A DNA stretch of 64,000 bases from a virus. Made by a program: the position numbers and the translations under genes. Below are positions 39,047-48,214 of this stretch, piece after piece. Position 1 is the first letter of the stretch, and each line of letters opens with the position of its first letter. The stretch is from IMG/VR virus record IMGVR_UViG_3300032293_001706, positions 96,001 to 160,000 of that record; one strand, given 5' to 3'. Below the pieces are notes generated by a model, which was not told where the DNA came from, did no database searches, and saw only the letters and a program-made list of their open reading frames with translations.

Positions 39047-40669
39047 ATGAGTTTTCCATATAATAATCCGCAAACCGCAACAAGACAAAATTCACAATTA
39101 TCCGTAAATAGACAATCTAATTTCGGAGTTACGTTTTCTGTTTCAAATACAGGTGGTTATATGGAAGTTGCAAATCTATCTGATTTGGAATGGACATTTT
39201 CAGGTCAAACGGGAAATATAACAGGGTCAACAATTCCAATTCAATTTTTTAAAGGTTCAGGATTTATTCCTGATGTAATAACATTAAATTCTGATTATTT
39301 TTCTTCAGGTAGAAGAAGAATTGGAATGTTGGTTTATGTGTATGAAACCGACAAAATATATCAATATAATATTGATAATTATGAATCACTTTGGAACGCA
39401 GCTACAGGGGCGACTAACACAGTAATATTTACTGATTATGGTGCAAACGTTAGGTCGACAACACAACAAGGTATTGATTTAATAACTGCGTGGACGGGTT
39501 CAACAATTGAAGGACAAAATGGTATTACAAGAACAAACGCAAATTGGGTAATATTCAACGGTTCATATCCTGCAATTACAGGTGGAACGTATTCGGCAAA
39601 TACAATTGTATTAACAACAAATACAGGTACTGAAATTCAAATCACGGGAATTACGTCAGGTCAGGGAGCGGGGATTACAGGTGGAACTTTTGATTATAAT
39701 GCAAGAAATCTTTACCTCTACGATGTAACAGGTGGAACAATTACAATATCAGGACTTACTGACACTTACATTACAGGTGGAACATATAACACTGGTACAC
39801 AAAGTTTAACGTTAAGAGATAACTATGGTGGAACTGTGGTAATAACAGGTTTTACGACAAGTTCAGGTACGTCGGGTACTTCAGGAAGTAGTGGTTCTAG
39901 TGGAAGTTCAGGAACATCAGGCTCTTCGGGAAGTAGTGGTACTTCAGGAAGTAGTGGTATTAGCGGAAGTTCAGGAACATCAGGCTCTTCGGGAAGTAGT
40001 GGTACTTCAGGAAGTTCAGGCTCTTCAGGAAGTAGCGGAAGTTCAGGAACATCGGGTATTTCAGGTGTGGATGGAACTAATGGTTCTAGTGGAAGTTCAG
40101 GAACATCAGGTTCTTCAGGTAGTAGTGGGGTTAGTGGAAGTTCAGGAACATCAGGTTCTTCAGGTAGTAGTGGGGTTAGTGGAAGTTCAGGAACATCAGG
40201 TTCTTCAGGAACATCAGGTTCTTCAGGAAGTAGTGGTACTTCAGGAAGTAGTGGGGTTAGTGGAAGTTCAGGAACATCAGGTTCTTCAGGAAAATCAGTA
40301 ACAGGAGGAACCTTTAATTCACAAACAGTAACATTAACTTTAAATAATAATGATAATAGTAGTGTAGTTATTTCTGGTGTTACAGGTAACTATATTACAG
40401 GTGGTACTTATTTTAGCGCAACAACAACCTTAGAATTATATGATTCTACAGGTGGAACTATTTCAGTAACAGGCTTTACCGCTGGTTCAGGTGGAGGAGG
40501 TTCAGGAACATCAGGTACTTCAGGAAGTAGTGGTATTAGCGGAAGTTCAGGAACATCAGGTACTTCAGGAAGTAGTGGAACAAGTAGTGTAAACATAACA
40601 TACGGGACTGCCGCTCCTGATAATGGAACGGGAAATGATGGAGATGTGTATTTACAATATACAGCATAA
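39047..40669 (+). CDS. Tail fibre-like protein with Ser-Gly-Thr flexible repeats
   Basis: Five (I/V)TGGT(Y/F) units, long (SGSSGTSG)n tracts, and C-terminal GTAAPDNGTGNDGDVYLQY. Confidence 0.7.
   Translation: MSFPYNNPQTATRQNSQLSVNRQSNFGVTFSVSNTGGYMEVANLSDLEWTFSGQTGNITGSTIPIQFFKGSGFIPDVITLNSDYFSSGRRRIGMLVYVYETDKIYQYNIDNYESLWNAATGATNTVIFTDYGANVRSTTQQGIDLITAWTGSTIEGQNGITRTNANWVIFNGSYPAITGGTYSANTIVLTTNTGTEIQITGITSGQGAGITGGTFDYNARNLYLYDVTGGTITISGLTDTYITGGTYNTGTQSLTLRDNYGGTVVITGFTTSSGTSGTSGSSGSSGSSGTSGSSGSSGTSGSSGISGSSGTSGSSGSSGTSGSSGSSGSSGSSGTSGISGVDGTNGSSGSSGTSGSSGSSGVSGSSGTSGSSGSSGVSGSSGTSGSSGTSGSSGSSGTSGSSGVSGSSGTSGSSGKSVTGGTFNSQTVTLTLNNNDNSSVVISGVTGNYITGGTYFSATTTLELYDSTGGTISVTGFTAGSGGGGSGTSGTSGSSGISGSSGTSGTSGSSGTSSVNITYGTAAPDNGTGNDGDVYLQYTA
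39860..40290 (+). repeat. Ser-Gly-Thr low-complexity repeat (9-nt period); second tract ~40487-40587
   Basis: tcaggaagt/agtggt/tcaggaaca units in tandem. Confidence 0.9.
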
Positions 40670-40677
40670 AGTTATAA

Positions 40678-40684
40678 TATTTAT
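40678..40684 (+). promoter_or_regulatory. TATTTAT motif
   Basis: Abuts the ATG at 40685. Confidence 0.4.
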
Positions 40685-41554
40685 ATGGGAAGCTTTACAG
40701 GGTTAACAGATTTTATAAACACAGTATCAACAAGTGGTAATGTAGAAACCGTGTTATATCAAAAAATGAATTTTTGGGTTAATACGGGAACTACGGGTAT
40801 ATCTCTTTCTGCTACATTAACAACTTCTTTATGGTGTTGGGATGGAATACCTGGTTCACCAGGATACCCACCAACAACTGCAGAAATCTGTACAAGAGAT
40901 ACGGCTGGAGCAATAAAACAAGAAAATCCAACATCAGGTAAAGAATTATATTTAACAAATTTTACTTGTTTTGGTACTTTTATTGGTGTAATGTCATTGT
41001 ATGATAGATTATGTCACGTATCAGGTTTATCGGGGAATACAACTAATGTTCAAACAATAAATACGCCAGCATTAACGAGATATAGCGGAAACAGCTCAAG
41101 TGGTAATTCTATTTATATTGAGGTATATGAAACTATGTCAGGTAATTCATTTAATATTACATACACGAATCAAAACGGAGTAGGTTCTCGTGTTACGACA
41201 GTTCAAAATCCAAGAGCGGTCAATCAATTATATGGTAGAGGTATGACGATTTATGTACCCTTAGCAAGTGGAGACACTGGAGTTAGAAGTGTTGAATCAA
41301 TACAGGCGGTAAGTGCTAGTACATTACAAGGTAATTTTGGTATTACAATTGCAAGACCAATTGCAGTATCTGGAGTTGGAGTTGGTGCGGTGGTAAATGA
41401 CCGAGATTGGATTACAGGACTACCAGGAATTCCAAAAATTGAGAACAACGCATGTTTATCTATGTTATTTACGCCGTTTAATGCTCAACCTACCGTTGAT
41501 AATTCTTCAACATTATGGTATCAATATGGTTTTTTAAGTTTAGTTCAGAGATAA
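40685..41554 (+). CDS. Virion-associated paralog 1 of 3
   Basis: Shares LYDRL, YTNQ.GV, L.SGDTGV.SV and NACL motifs with the next two ORFs. Confidence 0.65.
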   Translation: MGSFTGLTDFINTVSTSGNVETVLYQKMNFWVNTGTTGISLSATLTTSLWCWDGIPGSPGYPPTTAEICTRDTAGAIKQENPTSGKELYLTNFTCFGTFIGVMSLYDRLCHVSGLSGNTTNVQTINTPALTRYSGNSSSGNSIYIEVYETMSGNSFNITYTNQNGVGSRVTTVQNPRAVNQLYGRGMTIYVPLASGDTGVRSVESIQAVSASTLQGNFGITIARPIAVSGVGVGAVVNDRDWITGLPGIPKIENNACLSMLFTPFNAQPTVDNSSTLWYQYGFLSLVQR

Positions 41555-41558
41555 AAGA

Positions 41559-42449
41559 ATGGGAGTACTTACAGATTTATCGGACATCACAAGTAGAAGA
41601 ACAGGATATCAATCAAGTAATCCTGAAAATATTTTTATTTATAAGACAAATAGTTTACCTTCAACAATAAGAAACACATTAGGTTTTAGAGTAGCATCAT
41701 GGTATGATTTATGGTTTTATGATGGTCAACCAACTTCAGGTGAAGTACCAACGTCGACTCCTACTTTATGTAATAATACAACAGAAGGCAGAATAGTAAT
41801 TACAAATCCACCTGAAGGGCAACAAAAATGGTTACTTAATTTTAATTATACTTATCCAAACACTAATGGTATAACAATATTATATGATAGATTATGTCAT
41901 GTTGGGGGGTTAACCGTTACATCAACAACAACTCAAAATATTAATACACCAACTCTAAGCAGATATAGCGGAACATCATCAGTAGGGAATAGAGTTATTT
42001 TAGAAATATTAAGTGCAACAACAATATCTAACCCTCTAACGGTTGAAATAGAGTATACTAATCAAGACGGTGTTGCGAATAGAACATTAACTGCTCAAAT
42101 ATCAACAAATGGTAACTATTTAAGATACGTAACACAAACAAGTTTACCGCCTTTATCTAGTGGAGATACGGGTGTTAGAAGTGTTGAAACTTTTAGGGTT
42201 TTAAGTGGAACATTAGGTGGGGGTTCTGGAGTTGTTTTTGGGTTAGCTATTATAAGACCTATAGAACAGTCACAAAGCATGTTGACATCAACAAATGGTT
42301 TTAGAGATACAATAATAGGTGTACCAAATGTAACTGAGGTATTATCAGGTGCTTGTTTATCTTTATTATTTTTAAATTATACCGATTTGACAACATCACT
42401 AAACAACTTAACAGGTTCATTCGGATATGTTGGTTTTGTAAATAAGTGA
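41559..42449 (+). CDS. Virion-associated paralog 2 of 3
   Basis: LYDRLCHVGGL, YTNQDGV, LSSGDTGVRSVE and GACL motifs. Confidence 0.65.
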   Translation: MGVLTDLSDITSRRTGYQSSNPENIFIYKTNSLPSTIRNTLGFRVASWYDLWFYDGQPTSGEVPTSTPTLCNNTTEGRIVITNPPEGQQKWLLNFNYTYPNTNGITILYDRLCHVGGLTVTSTTTQNINTPTLSRYSGTSSVGNRVILEILSATTISNPLTVEIEYTNQDGVANRTLTAQISTNGNYLRYVTQTSLPPLSSGDTGVRSVETFRVLSGTLGGGSGVVFGLAIIRPIEQSQSMLTSTNGFRDTIIGVPNVTEVLSGACLSLLFLNYTDLTTSLNNLTGSFGYVGFVNK

Positions 42450-42450
42450 A

Positions 42451-42457
42451 TATTTAT
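42451..42457 (+). promoter_or_regulatory. TATTTAT putative late promoter
   Basis: In the 12-nt gap before the ATG at 42462. Confidence 0.5.
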
Positions 42458-42461
42458 TAAT

Positions 42462-43313
42462 ATGGCATTTACATCATATACACAATATTATAACTCAATA
42501 ATTAATCCTGTTAATAAATACTATTTTAGAGGGGGGGAAATTAATGGAGATACTAGAGGGTTATTTAATGATTTTTTTAACCAAGTTTATCCCGTCGGTA
42601 ACTCACCAAGTAGAACGTTAACACCAGCAACTACGTTAGATAAAAATTCTATGGGAGCAATACCCATACCTCAACTATCTAACAGCTCTAATTATCTGTA
42701 TATATGTGGTGCGGATTTAGGTGTAATATCTAATAATCCTGTTATTGTTTATGATAGGTTGGTAATGTTTAGATATAATCCGACGACAAGTACCGCAACA
42801 ACATTGAATGGATTAAGTGCAACAACAAGATATAGTACCGATAAGAGACTTTTATTTTTTGTTGAAAATAACGCAAGTAGTTTTACAGCCAGAAAAACAT
42901 TTACTATTAATTATACAAATCAAGATGGGGTTGCAAATAGAATTGGGTCTGGACAAATTGCAGACCTTAATGTGATTTCATTAGCGAATGTTAATTATGG
43001 GACATTCGCGAATTTACAATCAGGTGATACCGGAGTTCTAAGTGTTCAATCAATAACAATAAATGGGGCGGCAGATTTACAATTATCTATTGTAAAACCT
43101 TTATGTGTAATAACCGGATATGGACCTCAAACCTCATCCCAATCATCAATACCAAATTTAATCAATGGAGGATTAAACGGGGGTCTTCCTATTATTAATG
43201 AAAACGCTTGTTTGGCTATCATGAGACCCCAATCACCTGCGCCGATACGACTAGCGATATCATCAACTTACATTGGAAACTCAATGGGTAATTTAATAAT
43301 TGCAGAAGCATGA
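42462..43313 (+). CDS. Virion-associated paralog 3 of 3
   Basis: VYDRL, YTNQDGV, LQSGDTGVLSVQ and NACL motifs. Confidence 0.65.
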   Translation: MAFTSYTQYYNSIINPVNKYYFRGGEINGDTRGLFNDFFNQVYPVGNSPSRTLTPATTLDKNSMGAIPIPQLSNSSNYLYICGADLGVISNNPVIVYDRLVMFRYNPTTSTATTLNGLSATTRYSTDKRLLFFVENNASSFTARKTFTINYTNQDGVANRIGSGQIADLNVISLANVNYGTFANLQSGDTGVLSVQSITINGAADLQLSIVKPLCVITGYGPQTSSQSSIPNLINGGLNGGLPIINENACLAIMRPQSPAPIRLAISSTYIGNSMGNLIIAEA

Positions 43314-43507
43314 GACTAAATAGATTTTTTAACGATTCTGCAACCGTAGAAATAAAGGCAATTCCAATTCAAGGTGTTACAACAGGAGGTAGTAAATTTT
43401 GGGTTAAAGTTAGTGGTGTTTGGAAACAAGCAATAACATGGGTTAATGTTAGTGGTGTTTGGAAAATTGCAACACCATTTTATAAAATAGGGGGTAATTG
43501 GAAATGA
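43310..43507 (+). CDS. Small fibre-associated protein with duplicated VSGVWK motif
   Basis: FWVKVSGVWKQAITWVNVSGVWK; ATGA overlaps on both sides. Confidence 0.6.
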   Translation: MRLNRFFNDSATVEIKAIPIQGVTTGGSKFWVKVSGVWKQAITWVNVSGVWKIATPFYKIGGNWK

Positions 43508-43797
43508 TAATTCAATATTATATGACATATACAGGTGCGGTAGCGAAATACGCTGAAATTTACGCAACATATCAGTTTGATAACATCTTACCTCAAATAT
43601 CAATTTCATTGTTTAATGAAGAGTATGTGTATTTGTATGACATTCCTTTGGTTGTAGATGAAAGTGTTATTTTAGAATGGAGAAGAATTGCGGAAAAAGA
43701 ACCACAAAAGGCAGGTTTTTTAGATTTTACAATCATTGCTGAATGGGCGTGTAGTAAAAGTGGAATAATACCTTTAGACCCAAACACATTTAATTAA
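43504..43797 (+). CDS. Hypothetical protein (~97 aa)
   Basis: The ATGA overlap at 43504 supports this start. Confidence 0.5.
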   Translation: MIIQYYMTYTGAVAKYAEIYATYQFDNILPQISISLFNEEYVYLYDIPLVVDESVILEWRRIAEKEPQKAGFLDFTIIAEWACSKSGIIPLDPNTFN

Positions 43798-46078
43798 TCA
43801 TATTACTAATTTTATCAAAAACGGCAATCGGGTTAATCGATTTCTGACAAATGTGTTGTTTTTTTGTTCCTTTATATACAGGACACCAATCCCAATCTTT
43901 GGTTTCAAACACAAATTCTTCATCATTCCAACAAAATATACAAGTATTATTATTGTATATTCTTGTAACGTTAGTTGTAAATTCGTGACCTTCTTTAGAA
44001 AAACCATTTATCATAAATGTGTGTTTTCCTAACGCCCAATTTAACCAAGATAAACCTGAACCCAACCCAACAAATGCTTCGGCATGGTGTAAATAATTTG
44101 CAACAGTTTGAAACGATTCTCCCCACACATTAATGGTATTGGGAATTTCAAATTTATGTTTTGTTAATGTGACAACTTTATACCCCAACTCCATAATCAT
44201 TTTTGATAATGAAACCCAATTTTCATAGGTCCATTCTTTACATCCCATAGTTGCATTTGGACCAAACACAACATATTTTTCAGAAATAGGTCTTTTAAGT
44301 TTGGGTAAATTAAGACCATAATTTAGTTCATAAAAATCCAAACCCAAAATGTCTGTCGCTGTTTGTTGTAAAGGAATAATATTTACTTGGTTTTTATTTC
44401 TATCGGTATCATTCCATTTACCGTCTTTCTTAAACCAACCTAAACGATATACTGCTTTGCAATTAACGGTTGAGCCAGGTTCAACAAATTCAATATCTTT
44501 ATATGAATCCAAACCCGAAAATAATTTATTGTGAAATGTGGACAAAATAACTTTACATTTATGTTTTTTGGAAAAATCTACAACATAAGGAACCCACGCA
44601 ATTGTATCACCAATCGAACCAGATTCCATTGATATAAGAACCCTTTGATTTTCTAATGAAAAATTTTCAATAACTTGACCATTAATTTTTATTATCCAAG
44701 GAACGTAATATTTTAATCCACATGCTATCCACATATTGTTTTTAATAAACCCCGAATGACAAATTTTATTTGTTGAAGAATCAATAAATTCAACAAAATA
44801 TTCTTCATTTTTTTCACCTAAAATTTCAACTTTTGGACCATCTAAATATGAAATAAAAACATCGTTTTTCTTGTTATCAACCAACAAGGGTTTTCTTTTC
44901 ATAAAATCATTTATGGTATCAACGGCAATTTCACCGACTTTCTCCCAACTGAAATTATCTCTAATTATTTTTGATTCTTTTAATGATTTTTGTTTATATT
45001 TTTTATGGTTTGTATAAACATCTCTTAATTTAAGTTTTAAATCGTTAAAGTCAGGTTCATAATAATTTCCAACAGAAGTGTTAAAATGGTTGTAATCAGA
45101 ATCGCTAACAGGTTTTTCACCAATAATACTAACAGGAATACCAAGACCTTCCGCAAATTCCAACTGACCTGAACAATTCGAATAAATTGATGGAACACCA
45201 CACGCCATTGCCTCCATCAACGGAATATTCCATCCTTCGGACCTGGCACAAGATACAAACGCATCACAAGACTTTAAAATGTCGATATAATCATTCCTTG
45301 ATGGAAAATGTAAAACCTTAATTCGTTTGTCAGTCAAACCATAACGTTTTAATCTTTCCTCTGTTGTTTTTAATCCGTCATTTGAAAAAGGGTTATCAAC
45401 AGAAATAATTAAATCAACAGGTTCGTCCTTATCAAAAGTTTCTATAAAAGATTTGATAATTTCTTTGGTTGATTTTCTATAATCCCAACGGCCTGCAAGA
45501 AAGAATTTAAACCTACCATCAGAAGTTAATTTATGTTTCACTTGTGGATTTGGGAAAAACTCATGACCAACACCTTCAGGAACAACTTTAATTTTATCTG
45601 AAGGGTATCCTTGTTTAATCGTTACATCTTTTTGCCATTTTGACGGAACCCATAATTCATCAAATTCAAGTAACTTATTAAAAAAATCTTGAGGTTGTAA
45701 TGTAGATTCCCAAACATTATATGCAATTTTTGGACCAACGTAATTATCATAAAATACGTAATGATTGGTTTCACATAACACAATATTTAAATCGTGAGAA
45801 GTATGGTCTTTACCATCAGGATATATCGGATAATCACTTCTTGAATTATTAGGTCCGAATAAAATCTGTTGATGTAAAATATCTTTATCAACATCATTTA
45901 AGTATGGTTCACCATTATGAGGTGTCGAATTATAACCCTTCCAAGAATTACCAATTGTAAAGTTCCTAAATTTTACATCAAAGTGTTTGTATAATTCTCT
46001 AAAAAAATGTCTTGTGTGATAGTTATATCCTGTAGTTCCAATGTATGAACCATGACCAAAAATTTTAACTCTATTCAT
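43790..46078 (-). CDS. Two-domain glycosyltransferase: GT4-like (GT-B) plus Aah/TibC-like heptosyltransferase domain
   Basis: N-half YNVWEST, WVPSKWQ and CDAFVSCARSEGWNIPLMEAMACG (GT4). C-half SGSIGDTIAWVPY..KEWTYENW..AEAFVGLGSGLSWLNWALGK resembles autotransporter O-heptosyltransferases (GT9-like fold). Confidence 0.75.
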   Translation of the reverse strand: MNRVKIFGHGSYIGTTGYNYHTRHFFRELYKHFDVKFRNFTIGNSWKGYNSTPHNGEPYLNDVDKDILHQQILFGPNNSRSDYPIYPDGKDHTSHDLNIVLCETNHYVFYDNYVGPKIAYNVWESTLQPQDFFNKLLEFDELWVPSKWQKDVTIKQGYPSDKIKVVPEGVGHEFFPNPQVKHKLTSDGRFKFFLAGRWDYRKSTKEIIKSFIETFDKDEPVDLIISVDNPFSNDGLKTTEERLKRYGLTDKRIKVLHFPSRNDYIDILKSCDAFVSCARSEGWNIPLMEAMACGVPSIYSNCSGQLEFAEGLGIPVSIIGEKPVSDSDYNHFNTSVGNYYEPDFNDLKLKLRDVYTNHKKYKQKSLKESKIIRDNFSWEKVGEIAVDTINDFMKRKPLLVDNKKNDVFISYLDGPKVEILGEKNEEYFVEFIDSSTNKICHSGFIKNNMWIACGLKYYVPWIIKINGQVIENFSLENQRVLISMESGSIGDTIAWVPYVVDFSKKHKCKVILSTFHNKLFSGLDSYKDIEFVEPGSTVNCKAVYRLGWFKKDGKWNDTDRNKNQVNIIPLQQTATDILGLDFYELNYGLNLPKLKRPISEKYVVFGPNATMGCKEWTYENWVSLSKMIMELGYKVVTLTKHKFEIPNTINVWGESFQTVANYLHHAEAFVGLGSGLSWLNWALGKHTFMINGFSKEGHEFTTNVTRIYNNNTCIFCWNDEEFVFETKDWDWCPVYKGTKKQHICQKSINPIAVFDKISNMIN

Positions 46079-46114
46079 GTTTAGAATTATAAAATTTATT
46101 TTAATTTTATAAAG

Positions 46115-46963
46115 ATGATTAAATTTGAATTACACAACCAACAAAATCCTGAATTATTTACTTTTAAAGTAGAATTGGATGAAAAATTAAATACAATAAT
46201 AAAAGAACCTTTAATTGTTAAATTTTCCACAATATCTAATGATGGAGGGTGGGAAATAAAATTGAACCCAGGTAATTGGGCAAGTTGGAATGGTGGAGGT
46301 TGTAGTAGATGGAATATAATTGTTATGGATAGTAACCGTAATATTTTATTCACCAGAGAATATAATTCACTTTATGATGGTAGTGATTTAGATAAAGTTT
46401 TTAGTTTATATTGTAAATTAAATAAAAACACAAAAGGAATTGTTGTTGGCGCTCATAATGGAGAATGGGGACATTGGACACAACCCGTATTAGATAAAGA
46501 TACAGAATGTCTTATTATTGAAGGTTCTAAACCGCAATTCGATAAGTTAGTGAAAAACTATGAAAAATATCATAATTGTACATTGATAAATGAAATTGTA
46601 ACAATAGACGGTAGTGATGTTGAATGGTATACAGGTGGAGAAGGATATACTGATTCAATAATAAAACAGGTTAACCAAAGGTTTCTTAAAGAAGAAGAAA
46701 TAAAAACAGAGTTAAGAAAAAGTGTTTCAATTAATGATTTAATTGAAAAACATGGATATCAAGATTATGATTGGTTACATACTGATATCGAGGGATATGA
46801 TGCTGAATTCATAATGGGGTTAAAATATTTACCTAAATTCATCATTTTTGAAAATGAACATTCTAAATTCATTAATACGTATAGTAAAGTATATGAATAT
46901 CTATCTGATTTGAAATATGAAATCATTGAATATGGTATTGATACATTGGCGGTAAAAAGATGA
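46115..46963 (+). CDS. FkbM-like SAM-dependent methyltransferase
   Basis: IVVGAHNGEWG, LIIEG and DWLHTDIEGYDAEF..IIFE motifs. Confidence 0.7.
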   Translation: MIKFELHNQQNPELFTFKVELDEKLNTIIKEPLIVKFSTISNDGGWEIKLNPGNWASWNGGGCSRWNIIVMDSNRNILFTREYNSLYDGSDLDKVFSLYCKLNKNTKGIVVGAHNGEWGHWTQPVLDKDTECLIIEGSKPQFDKLVKNYEKYHNCTLINEIVTIDGSDVEWYTGGEGYTDSIIKQVNQRFLKEEEIKTELRKSVSINDLIEKHGYQDYDWLHTDIEGYDAEFIMGLKYLPKFIIFENEHSKFINTYSKVYEYLSDLKYEIIEYGIDTLAVKR

Positions 46964-47955
46964 AACCTGTAGTAATAATTGATGCTTTTATAGAAAATAA
47001 AAAACAAGAAAATCTACTTGATAATTTTTTAAATTCTATATGTGGAATATATGATATATTCTTAATAAGTAATACGAAAATAAGTCAAGATATTTTGGAT
47101 AAAGTTAATTACTTTTTTTATGATAAAAAAAATAATTTATTCAAAAATGAGTATGATAATTATGAAGGTTTTTATATGTGGTATACATTAGACAGGTTCA
47201 AAATTTTCACACATGCAGAACACAAACAAAAACACGGGTTGTCGGTTTTGATAAATCTGTTTAGGTCTTTAGAATTTGCAAAAGAGTTAGAATATACTCA
47301 TTTTATTAGATTGGAAGGAGATGCAATTTTAGGGGAAAAAACAATCCAAGAGTTTAAGAATTTCTTTAATGAACTAAAAGTTAACAATAAGAAGTTGAAA
47401 TTTTATCTGAATGAAAATACTAATTCACATTCATTTCAATTTTTTGGTGGTGAAATAAACACTTTCTTGAAAAATTTTACAAAGATAAAGAAAGAAGAAG
47501 ATTATCTTTACTTTATTAATCAAAATTATGGTAATAATGATTTTATTACTGTCGAAAAACTAATGTTTGATTCTATCAAAAAAATACCAAATGATGACGT
47601 TATAATAGAAGATGATTTAATTTTAGTTCTGACTGATACCGTTTGGAATCAGTCAACATCTAACGCTCATTTAGATGAACATATGAAAAAATGTCAAACT
47701 GATTTATATAAAGTAAAAAATGACAATAGACTTATACTGTATAGTAGAAGTAATTCAGATGGAAGAATGAGTAGAAAAGTAGTTTTAAAAACTAAAAATT
47801 CTGAAATTATTTTTGATTATCAAATTAATAATTTAGGTGATTGGTTTATTAATTATATCGATGAAGAAATAACGCATATGATTTTATACGATAATAATCA
47901 TATTGTTTATGAAAAAGAAATTCGAGAAATAAAAAATTACATTGAACTTTTGTAA
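46960..47955 (+). CDS. Putative glycosyltransferase-related protein
   Basis: LFRSLEFAKELEYTHFIRLEGD (DXD-like region); inside the GT cluster. Confidence 0.45.
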   Translation: MKPVVIIDAFIENKKQENLLDNFLNSICGIYDIFLISNTKISQDILDKVNYFFYDKKNNLFKNEYDNYEGFYMWYTLDRFKIFTHAEHKQKHGLSVLINLFRSLEFAKELEYTHFIRLEGDAILGEKTIQEFKNFFNELKVNNKKLKFYLNENTNSHSFQFFGGEINTFLKNFTKIKKEEDYLYFINQNYGNNDFITVEKLMFDSIKKIPNDDVIIEDDLILVLTDTVWNQSTSNAHLDEHMKKCQTDLYKVKNDNRLILYSRSNSDGRMSRKVVLKTKNSEIIFDYQINNLGDWFINYIDEEITHMILYDNNHIVYEKEIREIKNYIELL

Positions 47956-47964
47956 AAACAAGAA

Positions 47965-48135
47965 TTATTTTTTCTTGTTATTAATTTTATAATACGTCTT
48001 CATTAGTTTGAGACTATCCTTATAGTTTTTTTCGAGTCGTTCTAATTCTTTTTCATTAACCATATTTTCACATGCGCGGTTGTACGCCTCTTCCGACTCC
48101 TTAATTAATTTTTCGATTGTTTTTAATAGTTTCAT
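47965..48135 (-). CDS. Small helical protein, 56 aa (missing from the ORF track)
   Basis: Hand translation gives MKLLKTIEKLIKESEEAYNRACENMVNEKELERLEKNYKDSLKLMKTYYKINNKKK*; TATTTAT lies upstream on the minus strand. Confidence 0.6.
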   Translation of the reverse strand: MKLLKTIEKLIKESEEAYNRACENMVNEKELERLEKNYKDSLKLMKTYYKINNKKK

Positions 48136-48140
48136 CAATG

Positions 48141-48147
48141 ATAAATA
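48141..48147 (-). promoter_or_regulatory. TATTTAT motif on the minus strand
   Basis: ATAAATA on the + strand, 5 nt upstream of the 56-aa ORF start. Confidence 0.5.
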
Positions 48148-48214
48148 TTATCTACTTAAATAAAAAAAAGATTTCTTCACTTAATAAGTGTAAAACTTAT
48201 AATTTATAAAAAAA

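Noticed and set aside
39891-40301. 136-aa VLQEVV-repeat ORF
   Set aside because: It is an alternate-frame shadow of the Ser-Gly repeat in 39047-40669.
39860-40590. Ser-Gly and Pro-Thr tandem repeats as CRISPR arrays
   Set aside because: They have short 6-12-nt periods and no unique spacers, so they are ordinary low-complexity coding repeats.
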